Shown here: one piece after another, positions 9,212 through 17,599 of the stretch
Position numbering within the stretch: the first letter of the stretch is position 1
Layout: each line of letters opens with the position of its first letter
IMG/VR virus record: IMGVR_UViG_3300035522_000179
Span: 160,001 to 224,000 of that record
Reading direction: 5' to 3' (one strand)
Source of the DNA: a virus
Taxonomy: Duplodnaviria > Caudoviricetes
DNA: 64,000 bases
The notes under the pieces: model-generated
Databases searched by the model: none
Seen by the model: only the letters and a program-made list of their open reading frames with translations
Told to the model about the DNA's origin: nothing
Program-made: the position numbers and the translations under genes

Positions 9212-11092
9212 ATGAGTACGACAAGACATCATATTGAAATGGATCATTACGATTCCGATGGGAATCGATATATTTTATTTCCAAAGAATACTTTGGACGA
9301 CGTCGTCATGACGATGAAGAGTGACGAAACCCTTCGGGGAAAGATTATCTTCTACGGTGTTTGTTCTACCCCTGCAAGCACGGTTGATAAAACCGTGATT
9401 GCAACAGGGTTCACGTTAACAAACGGACAACATATCACCGTAGCATTTACCAATGAAATTTCTGTAGCGAGTGCTACATTGAATGTGAACTCCTTGGGTG
9501 CAAAACCGTTGTATCGAAACGGAGCTCCTTTGGAAGCAAATATCATTCCTGCTGGTGCCAGAGTAGAGATGGTATATGATGGAACCAATTTTAATGTGAT
9601 CAGTGGTGCTAGTAACACCATCACTTCGAAATTGACGAATAAGAAAATTTATTTGACTGGTACAACCTCAGATGAAACATCTGTAAGGAAAAATGAGTAC
9701 TATGATACCGGTGTATATATTACAGCAGAATCTGGAACTCTCCATGCAGAATCCTTTGAAGGAAAAGTGAATGCTGATAATATCACGGATGGAACTTTAG
9801 ATCCCGAAAGATTGGGATTAAGTGGAGTGACAAGTGGAACTTATGGCACTCCTAGTGATCAGGATATCGATCTGGGAACTGGCGGTTTCTTTATGGTTCC
9901 GAATCTCACAATTGATAGTCATGGAAGAGTAACTTCTGCTAGCGAAGCACAGGTGTATTTTCCCGCTGCACCGAATGATAAAGTAAAAACAGAATTATGG
10001 GAAAACGATGGAATTATTAAATTGGTAGGAACCATCGATGGCGGGACAGGATCTCTTTTGTACTATCCCGGTATATACATTGAATCACAATATGGACAAT
10101 TGTGTTCTCGTAAGATATATACAAAAAATATAGAATTTGAAATAGATTATGGCGACAATGATTATGCTTATATTGATGGAATAGATTACAGTGGAACTGC
10201 AGCAAAATCAAAAACAACTAATAGCATAACAACTCACATTGTCGATAGTACAGATGAAGATACTAAAGGAGAAACATCCAAAGCTTTGTCAGCAAATCAG
10301 GGATATTTACTAGATAAAAGAATTACTAATGTATCTGAATGGATACAAAATAATTCTTCATGTATTTCGACATATGGTACTAAAATCAAAACACTTGAAG
10401 AGTCTGTAACTGACCTGGAATCAGAATATGGTGATTTGCAAAATGACTTCGACGAGTTTAAAGAGTCTTTTCAAAATGGCTGCTTTGATGGTATAGCTTC
10501 CGCTCTTGCAGCCTTAGTAGATTATACCGGAAGCAGTGACTCTAACTATTTTTTAACTGATAATACAAAAGAGTATTATTGGAAAAAAGTTGCATCGGCA
10601 ACATTATTACCAAATTGGAGTAACCTATTAAAATTCATGGCAATGAATAGATCAGAATTTGCAGGAACCGATCCTAGTGTATCAGGGATACAACCTGTTT
10701 ATTTTTGTAGACCGGGGGAGTTATTAAAAATAAAAGCATACTTTTCATTTTCAAATACATCAGATACTATTGAAATAACTACTCGTAATGACGATACATA
10801 TTACTTAGATGGAGAATATATATCACTATTATCTAATTATGGATTTAGTAATGATGATATTGTTTACAACGTTAGCCACTCAACATCATCTGGTAACTAT
10901 TGTTGGTATATGGATATGACTATAAGTATATATGACAATGAAACGACAGACGACAGTGGATCCCTTATTTCCAAAGGGCATTCTACTGAGGGAATATCTA
11001 TATTCCAAATAAGCTTCAAGCATCGATCTAGTAGTTCAGTTATCTTTATTAGGGGTAATTTCCTTTTTGCGGTAGTGTCGTCCTCGTATTAA
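9212..11092 (+). CDS. tail fibre / receptor-binding protein 2 (paralog of 7506)
   Basis: Same motif order as 7506; first ~130 aa highly similar; identical RBS region AAGGAGGTCTTTAAAAATATGA. Confidence 0.75.
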   Translation: MSTTRHHIEMDHYDSDGNRYILFPKNTLDDVVMTMKSDETLRGKIIFYGVCSTPASTVDKTVIATGFTLTNGQHITVAFTNEISVASATLNVNSLGAKPLYRNGAPLEANIIPAGARVEMVYDGTNFNVISGASNTITSKLTNKKIYLTGTTSDETSVRKNEYYDTGVYITAESGTLHAESFEGKVNADNITDGTLDPERLGLSGVTSGTYGTPSDQDIDLGTGGFFMVPNLTIDSHGRVTSASEAQVYFPAAPNDKVKTELWENDGIIKLVGTIDGGTGSLLYYPGIYIESQYGQLCSRKIYTKNIEFEIDYGDNDYAYIDGIDYSGTAAKSKTTNSITTHIVDSTDEDTKGETSKALSANQGYLLDKRITNVSEWIQNNSSCISTYGTKIKTLEESVTDLESEYGDLQNDFDEFKESFQNGCFDGIASALAALVDYTGSSDSNYFLTDNTKEYYWKKVASATLLPNWSNLLKFMAMNRSEFAGTDPSVSGIQPVYFCRPGELLKIKAYFSFSNTSDTIEITTRNDDTYYLDGEYISLLSNYGFSNDDIVYNVSHSTSSGNYCWYMDMTISIYDNETTDDSGSLISKGHSTEGISIFQISFKHRSSSSVIFIRGNFLFAVVSSSY

Positions 11093-11132
11093 TTTATTAG
11101 TCACACATTTAATATGTGAGCATAAATGATTA

Positions 11133-11174
11133 AATAAATGATACTAACAATTTTGATTGTTAGTATCATTTATT
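11133..11174. terminator. bidirectional intrinsic terminator
   Basis: Perfect 19-bp inverted repeat AATAAATGATACTAACAAT/ATTGTTAGTATCATTTATT between convergent genes. Confidence 0.85.
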
Positions 11175-11178
11175 CTTT

Positions 11179-13299
11179 TTAAAATGAAATCATATTTGTG
11201 AAGTTTTCGGTTTCTCTGTTTACTCCATTCTTTGAGTATCCAGTAACCACACAATTTAATTTCAGCAAATCTGTTACGGATTTAAACGGTCCCATAATGT
11301 TTCCAATCACACTTCCGTAATCAATATAAGGTTTTACCCAATCAGGGATTTGTCCATTTGCAGGAAGTGCTAACACTTGTAATCCTTTGGATTTTACATT
11401 TACTTTTCCGTCTTTTATTTTTTGTGTCACGAAGATTCCACTCTTATCTTCAAACACTTCTTTTTTCAAAACTCGATAAATCTCAGGGTGAGTTCTTTTT
11501 AACGGTTCAATATCTTCTTCTTTAAATAACGTCAGTTTTAACATCTTTACTTTTGCTGGTAAATCAATCTTACTATCTGGATTTAAAGAGTTCCATGCAA
11601 TCACTCCTCGTACGGATTGTTCACTGCCAGGGTCTGCATAAGCACTTAACTCTTTTGCATTTGCAATCGGTAAGTAAGTCAAATTTCCAGCTTCAATATC
11701 AGCTCGGATTTTATTCTCCAGTTTCCGTAATTCTTCTCGCAATCCTTTTACATCAATGGTGTCTGCTTTTAGCAAATAATCTTCGGATAATTTCGTAAAG
11801 ATTTTCTCACACACATCCGACGTAGAGGCTTTCTTAAAGTCAAATCCTTTGATATCGGTTTTCGGAGGATTTAACAAATTTCCTTCTCTTAATTTAAACA
11901 ACGACATATATCGTTTCTTTACTTCAGATACCACCAGTCTTCTCATAAAGAACTCATTCTTCATATTGTATCTAGGGCGAAACTCTTCTGGAATATTCGA
12001 GCATTTCCCATAATAAAGTAACGTATCTGTAATCAGAGTTGTGAGAGCGTAGGTGATGGTATTGATGATAATAAACTCTTTGTTTTCTTGGTCTTTATCC
12101 GAATCGGTTATAACTTCATTTAAGATAAAGGACACCCATCCATCTAATACCAAGATATTACTATCGGTATCAATAACCATAACGGTTTTTCTTCCGAAAT
12201 TTTTCAGTCGATAAATTCTATCAAATACCAAATATCTGGTATAAACATATTTCATGTAATATCCAGTCAACTCCTCAATCTCTTCTTTTACCGATTCTGG
12301 AATATTATTCGGATCCATGAATGCTTCGTTACAAGCAAATGCATTGTACTCATTTGCTGTACTAAACGTTCCTCTAAATTTCTTAGGGATTTGGTCTTCC
12401 CAGTTCTCATCATGTTCCACTGTATCTTTTGATAATACTGGGTAAACATTGATATTTTTCATAATTGTCCTATGAAGAGATTGAATGATATTATGATCTC
12501 TTGTAAACTCTTCTAGTCTATTTCTATAATAAATTCTCGTAAGTTCATTCTGACTTAAATGAGAAACATATTCTCTTAAAGGTTCTTCGTAAGAGTCTTT
12601 CCACTCTACAAACATTCCTCGTAACTTTTCATATACTTCATTGGTATCATGAGGCACTACCCAAAAATCCGTTTCCGGGTCTTCCTCTATTTGTTCTCTT
12701 ACGATTTTCAACCAATTCATACATTCATTCAAATCGTAAAACAAAAAGTTGTCACAGATAAATCCTTCAAACGTGGAATAACATGTTGAAATAACAGATT
12801 GAGCAGAACTTGTTGTAGCAGGTCCGCTCCATTTCGAAAAGAATGCAGAAGCCGGCATACCAGAAGCACCATAGTATGAGTTGGCGTTGACTTTCTGAAT
12901 TTGCTGTTTCAAGTCCAAATCCTTGTATTTATCTGACGTCTTATCTTCTACTTTAAACATCTCTTTCTTAAATGCTTTTCTTTTCTTTAACATACCATCC
13001 AACATATTCGCAATAGGATTTTCTCCATCATATTGATTCTTATAAAACGTTCCATTTCCAGCAATCAATGCTTCATCATGTCCTAATGACCAATCAAATA
13101 TGGTAAGTAATTTTGAAGCTTCTGTGGAATGGATAAAGTTGTTATCAATTACAACATCTGGATTAGAGAAGTTTTTCTTCATTTCATTATAAACGATTTC
13201 TTCCACGTCTTCTCTGTTCCATTCTGGGTTCATTTGAAGAAGTGCATTTACTGCATCTTCTTTATAATTATCTAAAAACGCACTATTTACTTTTTTCAT
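11179..13299 (-). CDS. polB: family B DNA polymerase, C-terminal subunit of a split enzyme
   Basis: QKVNANSYYG (motif B), IDTDS (motif C), KKRY, IKGFD; no exonuclease motifs or motif A recognised. Start reassigned to ATG 13299 (SD AAGGAAG). Confidence 0.88.
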   Translation of the reverse strand: MKKVNSAFLDNYKEDAVNALLQMNPEWNREDVEEIVYNEMKKNFSNPDVVIDNNFIHSTEASKLLTIFDWSLGHDEALIAGNGTFYKNQYDGENPIANMLDGMLKKRKAFKKEMFKVEDKTSDKYKDLDLKQQIQKVNANSYYGASGMPASAFFSKWSGPATTSSAQSVISTCYSTFEGFICDNFLFYDLNECMNWLKIVREQIEEDPETDFWVVPHDTNEVYEKLRGMFVEWKDSYEEPLREYVSHLSQNELTRIYYRNRLEEFTRDHNIIQSLHRTIMKNINVYPVLSKDTVEHDENWEDQIPKKFRGTFSTANEYNAFACNEAFMDPNNIPESVKEEIEELTGYYMKYVYTRYLVFDRIYRLKNFGRKTVMVIDTDSNILVLDGWVSFILNEVITDSDKDQENKEFIIINTITYALTTLITDTLLYYGKCSNIPEEFRPRYNMKNEFFMRRLVVSEVKKRYMSLFKLREGNLLNPPKTDIKGFDFKKASTSDVCEKIFTKLSEDYLLKADTIDVKGLREELRKLENKIRADIEAGNLTYLPIANAKELSAYADPGSEQSVRGVIAWNSLNPDSKIDLPAKVKMLKLTLFKEEDIEPLKRTHPEIYRVLKKEVFEDKSGIFVTQKIKDGKVNVKSKGLQVLALPANGQIPDWVKPYIDYGSVIGNIMGPFKSVTDLLKLNCVVTGYSKNGVNRETENFTNMISF

Positions 13300-13387
13300 A
13301 TTCTCATCTTCCTTTTTATTTGAATTTGGTATTTTCAATATTAGGAAAATGTCAAAAAAGATATAAAAAAGAAAGATTCGTAATTTT

Positions 13388-13600
13388 TTATACAAATCTT
13401 TCTATGGTCACTCCGCTCCTTTCATCTGGATCAATATCCTTTATGATTATCTTATCCGAAGAATTTTTTATCTTTCGGTTCTTCTTTTTCTTATACACGT
13501 CTTGATATTTTACAAGAGGTGGTTTACAATCACGTTTCTCGAATGCCTCCTGATGTTTTACAGGATCTTCCCGATCTTTTTCAGGAATTGCATCATTCAT
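13388..13600 (-). CDS. small basic hypothetical protein
   Basis: ATG overlaps the stop of the upstream ORF (TAATG coupling). Confidence 0.5.
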   Translation of the reverse strand: MNDAIPEKDREDPVKHQEAFEKRDCKPPLVKYQDVYKKKKNRKIKNSSDKIIIKDIDPDERSGVTIERFV

Positions 13601-13899
13601 TATTTCAGCATGTTATGTGATAACAAAGTTTTCTGCATGGGAATCATTGCATCATTGATTTTCATCACGTTGCTATCCAGTGTCGCAATGTTCGTATTGA
13701 TGTCCGTGATCATGCTCTCACATTTCGACACATGCATTCTCAGTTCATCAATCTCCTGTTGCATCTTCTTATTCTTATTCGTTGTGGCTGCAAATGTCAC
13801 CGCCGACATGGTTATTCCAACTACTCCACAAGCTACCCCAGCCCCTGCAGCGATCATAAGATTTCTTTCTCTTCTTTTTCTTTTCTTCGACATAAACAT
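13600..13899 (-). CDS. single-TM coiled-coil protein, early class
   Basis: Basic N-terminus, Gly/Ala TM segment, heptad region; ATATATTAT at 13949-13957; SD GAAAGGAA. Confidence 0.7.
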   Translation of the reverse strand: MFMSKKRKRRERNLMIAAGAGVACGVVGITMSAVTFAATTNKNKKMQQEIDELRMHVSKCESMITDINTNIATLDSNVMKINDAMIPMQKTLLSHNMLK

Positions 13900-13965
13900 A
13901 GCAAATTTTCCTTTCTTTTTACTGTTGTTTTCTAGTATTTTCAAATAAATAATATATCATTTAAA

Positions 13966-14009
13966 AACGAGGAATTTTTCCATATTTGCGTATGGAAAAA
14001 TTCCTCGTT
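13966..14009 (-). terminator. intrinsic terminator
   Basis: Perfect 19-bp stem AACGAGGAATTTTTCCATA/TATGGAAAAATTCCTCGTT. Confidence 0.8.
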
Positions 14010-14023
14010 ATGTTGTTAGAAAG

Positions 14024-14446
14024 TTAGGTCAAGTTCAGTAAATAACTGACAAGAATATACATTCCACCCGTTACCAAAACCTGAGCCATATGGGCAAATT
14101 GATCTTCGCATAAATTGATGGAGTGTTTATTTGCTTTCTCATTATCAACGATTGCATGAATAACCGAATTTAACAAGGTAGTCGTCAAAAAGAGTTGCCA
14201 CATTGTGCCAAAGATTCGTTCGCTGAGCATCTGGTACAGATAAATTGCTACCGGGATGTGTATGAAGATTGACCAGTAAAGGGAGTGCTCGATTAAAGCA
14301 CAAAGATAATCTTTATTATACATCTCGTCTGAACAATTCTCCTTCCACCATTCTTTCTGTTTTGCAGATGCCAACCAACCTTGTAGATTGTAGTCAGCAA
14401 TCAAATGAAATAAGATCATTCCCAAAATCATCAGTAACTGTTTCAT
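14024..14446 (-). CDS. DUF3307-like membrane protein
   Basis: HLIADYNLQ, HSLYW, HAIVD and DQFAH His/Asp pattern. Confidence 0.75.
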   Translation of the reverse strand: MKQLLMILGMILFHLIADYNLQGWLASAKQKEWWKENCSDEMYNKDYLCALIEHSLYWSIFIHIPVAIYLYQMLSERIFGTMWQLFLTTTLLNSVIHAIVDNEKANKHSINLCEDQFAHMAQVLVTGGMYILVSYLLNLT

Positions 14447-14476
14447 CGTTTCGTTCCTTTCTCGGTATTAATCATT

Positions 14477-14695
14477 CTAGAAGTTATACAAAAACGGACG
14501 AGTGCATTCATCAATCCTAGCTTTCAAATCGTCCACCGTTGCAGAATCTGGTAATCTTTCATAATTGTAAGGGCGGACCAACGTATGCAGTTGACCCTCT
14601 CTTGGTTTAATATCAACTCTAAGCCCTTCAATTTCTTTCACCTGTTTCATGAGCTCTTCAAGCGTAACCAGATCCGGACTTTCTTTCTTCTCCAT
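14477..14695 (-). CDS. hypothetical protein
   Basis: SD GAAAGGAG; part of a co-oriented operon. Confidence 0.7.
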   Translation of the reverse strand: MEKKESPDLVTLEELMKQVKEIEGLRVDIKPREGQLHTLVRPYNYERLPDSATVDDLKARIDECTRPFLYNF

Positions 14696-14731
14696 TATTC
14701 CGTCTCCTTTCGCTTTTATCGAATTCCATTG

Positions 14732-15040
14732 CTATAACGATTTTCCAAATTCTATCGCTATAACTTGGTCTTCGTACGGCTCAATGGATCGGTATTGCAT
14801 AATTGATATATCTCTAGGAGACTTTTTGATATATTCCTCTAACAATGCTTTCGCATCAACTTCCGATTCTGCTAAAACAAATGCAGTTGCAAACCGAGTC
14901 TTCACTTCATCCCGGACCTGGACTTTTTCATCATTATCTGCATATCGGAAATCGACTTCAAACATCCGTTTTTCTTTCTTCTTGTCAGGTCCTTTCTTTT
15001 CAAAGAACTTGTTCCAAGGCTCAAGTGTTAATTCTTTCAT
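14732..15040 (-). CDS. hypothetical, paralog family A (WNKFFEKKG)
   Basis: MKELTLEPWNKFFEKKG...FEV.F.Y.D...AFV.A.SE.D.K..LE shared with 15090; SD AAGGGTGG. Confidence 0.75.
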   Translation of the reverse strand: MKELTLEPWNKFFEKKGPDKKKEKRMFEVDFRYADNDEKVQVRDEVKTRFATAFVLAESEVDAKALLEEYIKKSPRDISIMQYRSIEPYEDQVIAIEFGKSL

Positions 15041-15089
15041 ACTGATTATTCCACCCTTCTTTTTATTTTTTATAAGCACAAGATTTAGA

Positions 15090-15389
15090 TCAAAGACCAC
15101 ACACGAAGACAACAGGCTCATTATATGGTATAATACTTTTATATAATGTGATCCTCTTCCTAGGAAAGCGCTGTCGGAAGATATTCTCTAACACAGTTTT
15201 CACGTCCTCTTCTGATTGTGCAAAAACAAATGCGTCAACAACCGTGCTTTCAAGATATTGACCGTTTCCAGTGTCCTGATCTAAATCAGTGTACGTGAAA
15301 ATAACTTCAAACGTATGATTTTCTTTCTTTTTTGCATGTCCTTTCTTTTCAAAGAACTTGTTCCAAAGTTTAAGTGCTGATTCGTTCAT
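15090..15389 (-). CDS. hypothetical, paralog family A (WNKFFEKKG)
   Basis: Tandem duplicate of 14732; shared DNA TTTTCAAAGAACTTGTTCCAA. Confidence 0.75.
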   Translation of the reverse strand: MNESALKLWNKFFEKKGHAKKKENHTFEVIFTYTDLDQDTGNGQYLESTVVDAFVFAQSEEDVKTVLENIFRQRFPRKRITLYKSIIPYNEPVVFVCGL

Positions 15390-15413
15390 ACGGATTGTTA
15401 CACCCTTTCATTT

Positions 15414-15896
15414 TTATAAGTAATCAACATACTCTTCGTATTCATATTGAATCACGTCTTCTCTTTCGTATTTATAGGGATGATAATTAGACGCCACAGT
15501 GGTTCCATCTGGCATTAAATAACAAAGGTCAATATTCACTTCTAATGTGTCCTTGACCTTTCGCAGTCCCTCTGCAATATCGTACGCCTGATTATAATCC
15601 GTGTAAGTATTCTGATAAGAAAAGGGAGCCATTACCCCATGGACATCCATTTGAGTATTTACCGACATAACATAAAATTCAATGGGGGTTACTCTGTTTA
15701 AATGCTTTTCTGATGCAATCACATTGCGAACGTTAATGCAAGGGATTTCGGCTAAAATAGCATTCTCGATTACCTTCTCGACTGATCCATCTTGTAACAA
15801 CCACTCTTTAATATCCAGACCATCAGACGTTCCTTCATCAAGATAAATACTCAGCTCCATTGTTACCTTATGTATTGTTTTGGACATTTTTTTCAT
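15414..15896 (-). CDS. hypothetical, distant member of paralog family B
   Basis: Similar length and layout (…TYTDYNQAYDIAE…) to the ORFs at 15917-17229. Confidence 0.65.
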   Translation of the reverse strand: MKKMSKTIHKVTMELSIYLDEGTSDGLDIKEWLLQDGSVEKVIENAILAEIPCINVRNVIASEKHLNRVTPIEFYVMSVNTQMDVHGVMAPFSYQNTYTDYNQAYDIAEGLRKVKDTLEVNIDLCYLMPDGTTVASNYHPYKYEREDVIQYEYEEYVDYL

Positions 15897-15916
15897 CCTC
15901 TCTTTCTTTCTGATAT

Positions 15917-16342
15917 TTATACGAAAGCAAGTCCATCCCTTACATAGGAATACAAATTCTCCTCACAAATAAGTTTTCCGTTAGAATTATAGATGTAGTT
16001 ATCTACGCTAATAAATAAGATTACATCACTCTTCTCAAGTTCCTGTGCATCTCGCAATGCTAAATCCTTATCATGGTAAGTTGTCTTTTTGTCAAAGATT
16101 TCATTCTTCCCATTAATAGTCCGGATACTTTTAACTTGTAATACATATCTACTCTTAATGGATACTCCTGCTTTTCCATTTTTATTGGAAGACTTGAGTT
16201 TTTTCGTTTCGATATGCTGTATACCTGCAGATTCCAAAACACGACAAACCGCACTATGTATTCCCATCGTGAAATCAAACACTCCAATCATGTTATCCTT
16301 TACATCAAAAGATACCTCATATTTTACTTTTTTCATTTTCAT
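15917..16342 (-). CDS. hypothetical, paralog family B (MKKVKYEVSF)
   Basis: N-terminus identical to 16358; V.S...ING..E...K.T motif. Confidence 0.75.
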   Translation of the reverse strand: MKMKKVKYEVSFDVKDNMIGVFDFTMGIHSAVCRVLESAGIQHIETKKLKSSNKNGKAGVSIKSRYVLQVKSIRTINGKNEIFDKKTTYHDKDLALRDAQELEKSDVILFISVDNYIYNSNGKLICEENLYSYVRDGLAFV

Positions 16343-16357
16343 TCATCCTCTCTTTCT

Positions 16358-16774
16358 TCATTCCTTATTTCTTTTATTATATAAGAAAACACATCCTATA
16401 CTGGAATACGTAGATCTATACTCAGTAATACTCACCCGTGAGGTCGCATCTTTCTTTACAAATTGTCCAGCCCTTTCCAATGCTAAAGGTAAGTCATAAA
16501 AAGTTTCTTTATGTTTAGATACCTCATTATTTATACCATCGATGTTTTTAACACTTGTGACTTCCATTATCCACTCTGTAGAGTCTTCTGTGTGTTGATC
16601 TTCACCGGAATCGACAGGAATATGTTTTATATCAATCTCTTTCGCATTCAATTTATCCATGAAACACAAAATTCTATCACCAATCTCTTGGTGAGTGCGA
16701 TGATACTCGGAAGTACGTTCTTCTTCCGAATAAACGTCCATCACAAAAGATACCTCATATTTTACTTTTTTCAT
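16358..16774 (-). CDS. hypothetical, paralog family B
   Basis: MKKVKYEVSF; ~30-nt DNA repeat AAAGATACCTCATATTTTACTTTTTTCATT shared with 15917. Confidence 0.75.
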   Translation of the reverse strand: MKKVKYEVSFVMDVYSEEERTSEYHRTHQEIGDRILCFMDKLNAKEIDIKHIPVDSGEDQHTEDSTEWIMEVTSVKNIDGINNEVSKHKETFYDLPLALERAGQFVKKDATSRVSITEYRSTYSSIGCVFLYNKRNKE

Positions 16775-17229
16775 TCGTCACCATCCTCCTCCAATCCATG
16801 TTTTTTATATAAGAAAACGATCCCACCATCCGTGGTGACAGGAATTTCTGTTTTATTCTCTGAAAAGAATCCCTGATAAAAATAAGTGTGGACAGTAAGT
16901 TCTACCATTAAGGTAGTATCACTTTTTGAATAATCCTCCGCAGTTTTCAACGCTATATCACGACTAAAGAAAATGGTTTCTCTTTGGAATACTTCTCTTT
17001 TTCCATTGATATTCAAAAAACTCCTAACAGTTAATTTCCAAAAATCCTCATGGAGTTTCTCTTTAATATTAAAATTCTCAGGTTTCATACTTTTCACTTC
17101 GATGTTCTTGACACCATTAAATCTCGAAATAGGATAAAGGGCATCCAATATCTTACGTCCAAACACGATTTCAAAACGGTCTGCCTCAGAATCATCGGTA
17201 TCAATAGCCACTTCATATGTTAATTTCAT
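16771..17229 (-). CDS. hypothetical, paralog family B
   Basis: YEV, VRS..NINGKRE, ALKTAE and G.VFLY.K shared with neighbours. Confidence 0.7.
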   Translation of the reverse strand: MKLTYEVAIDTDDSEADRFEIVFGRKILDALYPISRFNGVKNIEVKSMKPENFNIKEKLHEDFWKLTVRSFLNINGKREVFQRETIFFSRDIALKTAEDYSKSDTTLMVELTVHTYFYQGFFSENKTEIPVTTDGGIVFLYKKHGLEEDGDE

Positions 17230-17482
17230 TCACTTTTCCTTTCCATCTGTAAATTTCAACAGATCCATTTACTGTTTCCGCAAGAAGAACAAAATCCCCT
17301 GTTCCATATTCCATCCCAGTGTAGGTCATGAAGATATCATCATTGAGAAACTTCTTCAATTTCCTTGAAAATAAGATATGTTTTCTATCGCAATTTCTTA
17401 CCACTGCATAAGAAAACAAACCTGTTTTTTCTACATGGGAAATACTTTCTTTTCCAAATATCGTTATATCTTCTCTCCGCAT
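17213..17482 (-). CDS. hypothetical protein
   Basis: SD GAAAGGAG; first gene of the paralog array. Confidence 0.65.
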   Translation of the reverse strand: MRREDITIFGKESISHVEKTGLFSYAVVRNCDRKHILFSRKLKKFLNDDIFMTYTGMEYGTGDFVLLAETVNGSVEIYRWKGKVNEINI

Positions 17483-17599
17483 TTTTATCTCCTTTCTAAT
17501 GCATGTAATACAAATAAATATTACATCATTATATTTCCTGTCAAAAATCGATATTTTTAAGGGATGTATGATATAAATACATCCCTTAAAATAAGTAAC

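Noticed and set aside
7506-11092. Diversity-generating retroelement acting on the fibre genes
   Set aside because: No reverse transcriptase in the window; the repeat is N-terminal and its differences are mostly synonymous, not adenine-specific.
17520-17546. Host sigmaA promoter (TTGACA and TATAAT on the minus strand)
   Set aside because: The two hexamers are only 5 nt apart; more likely a GACA-type phage promoter variant.
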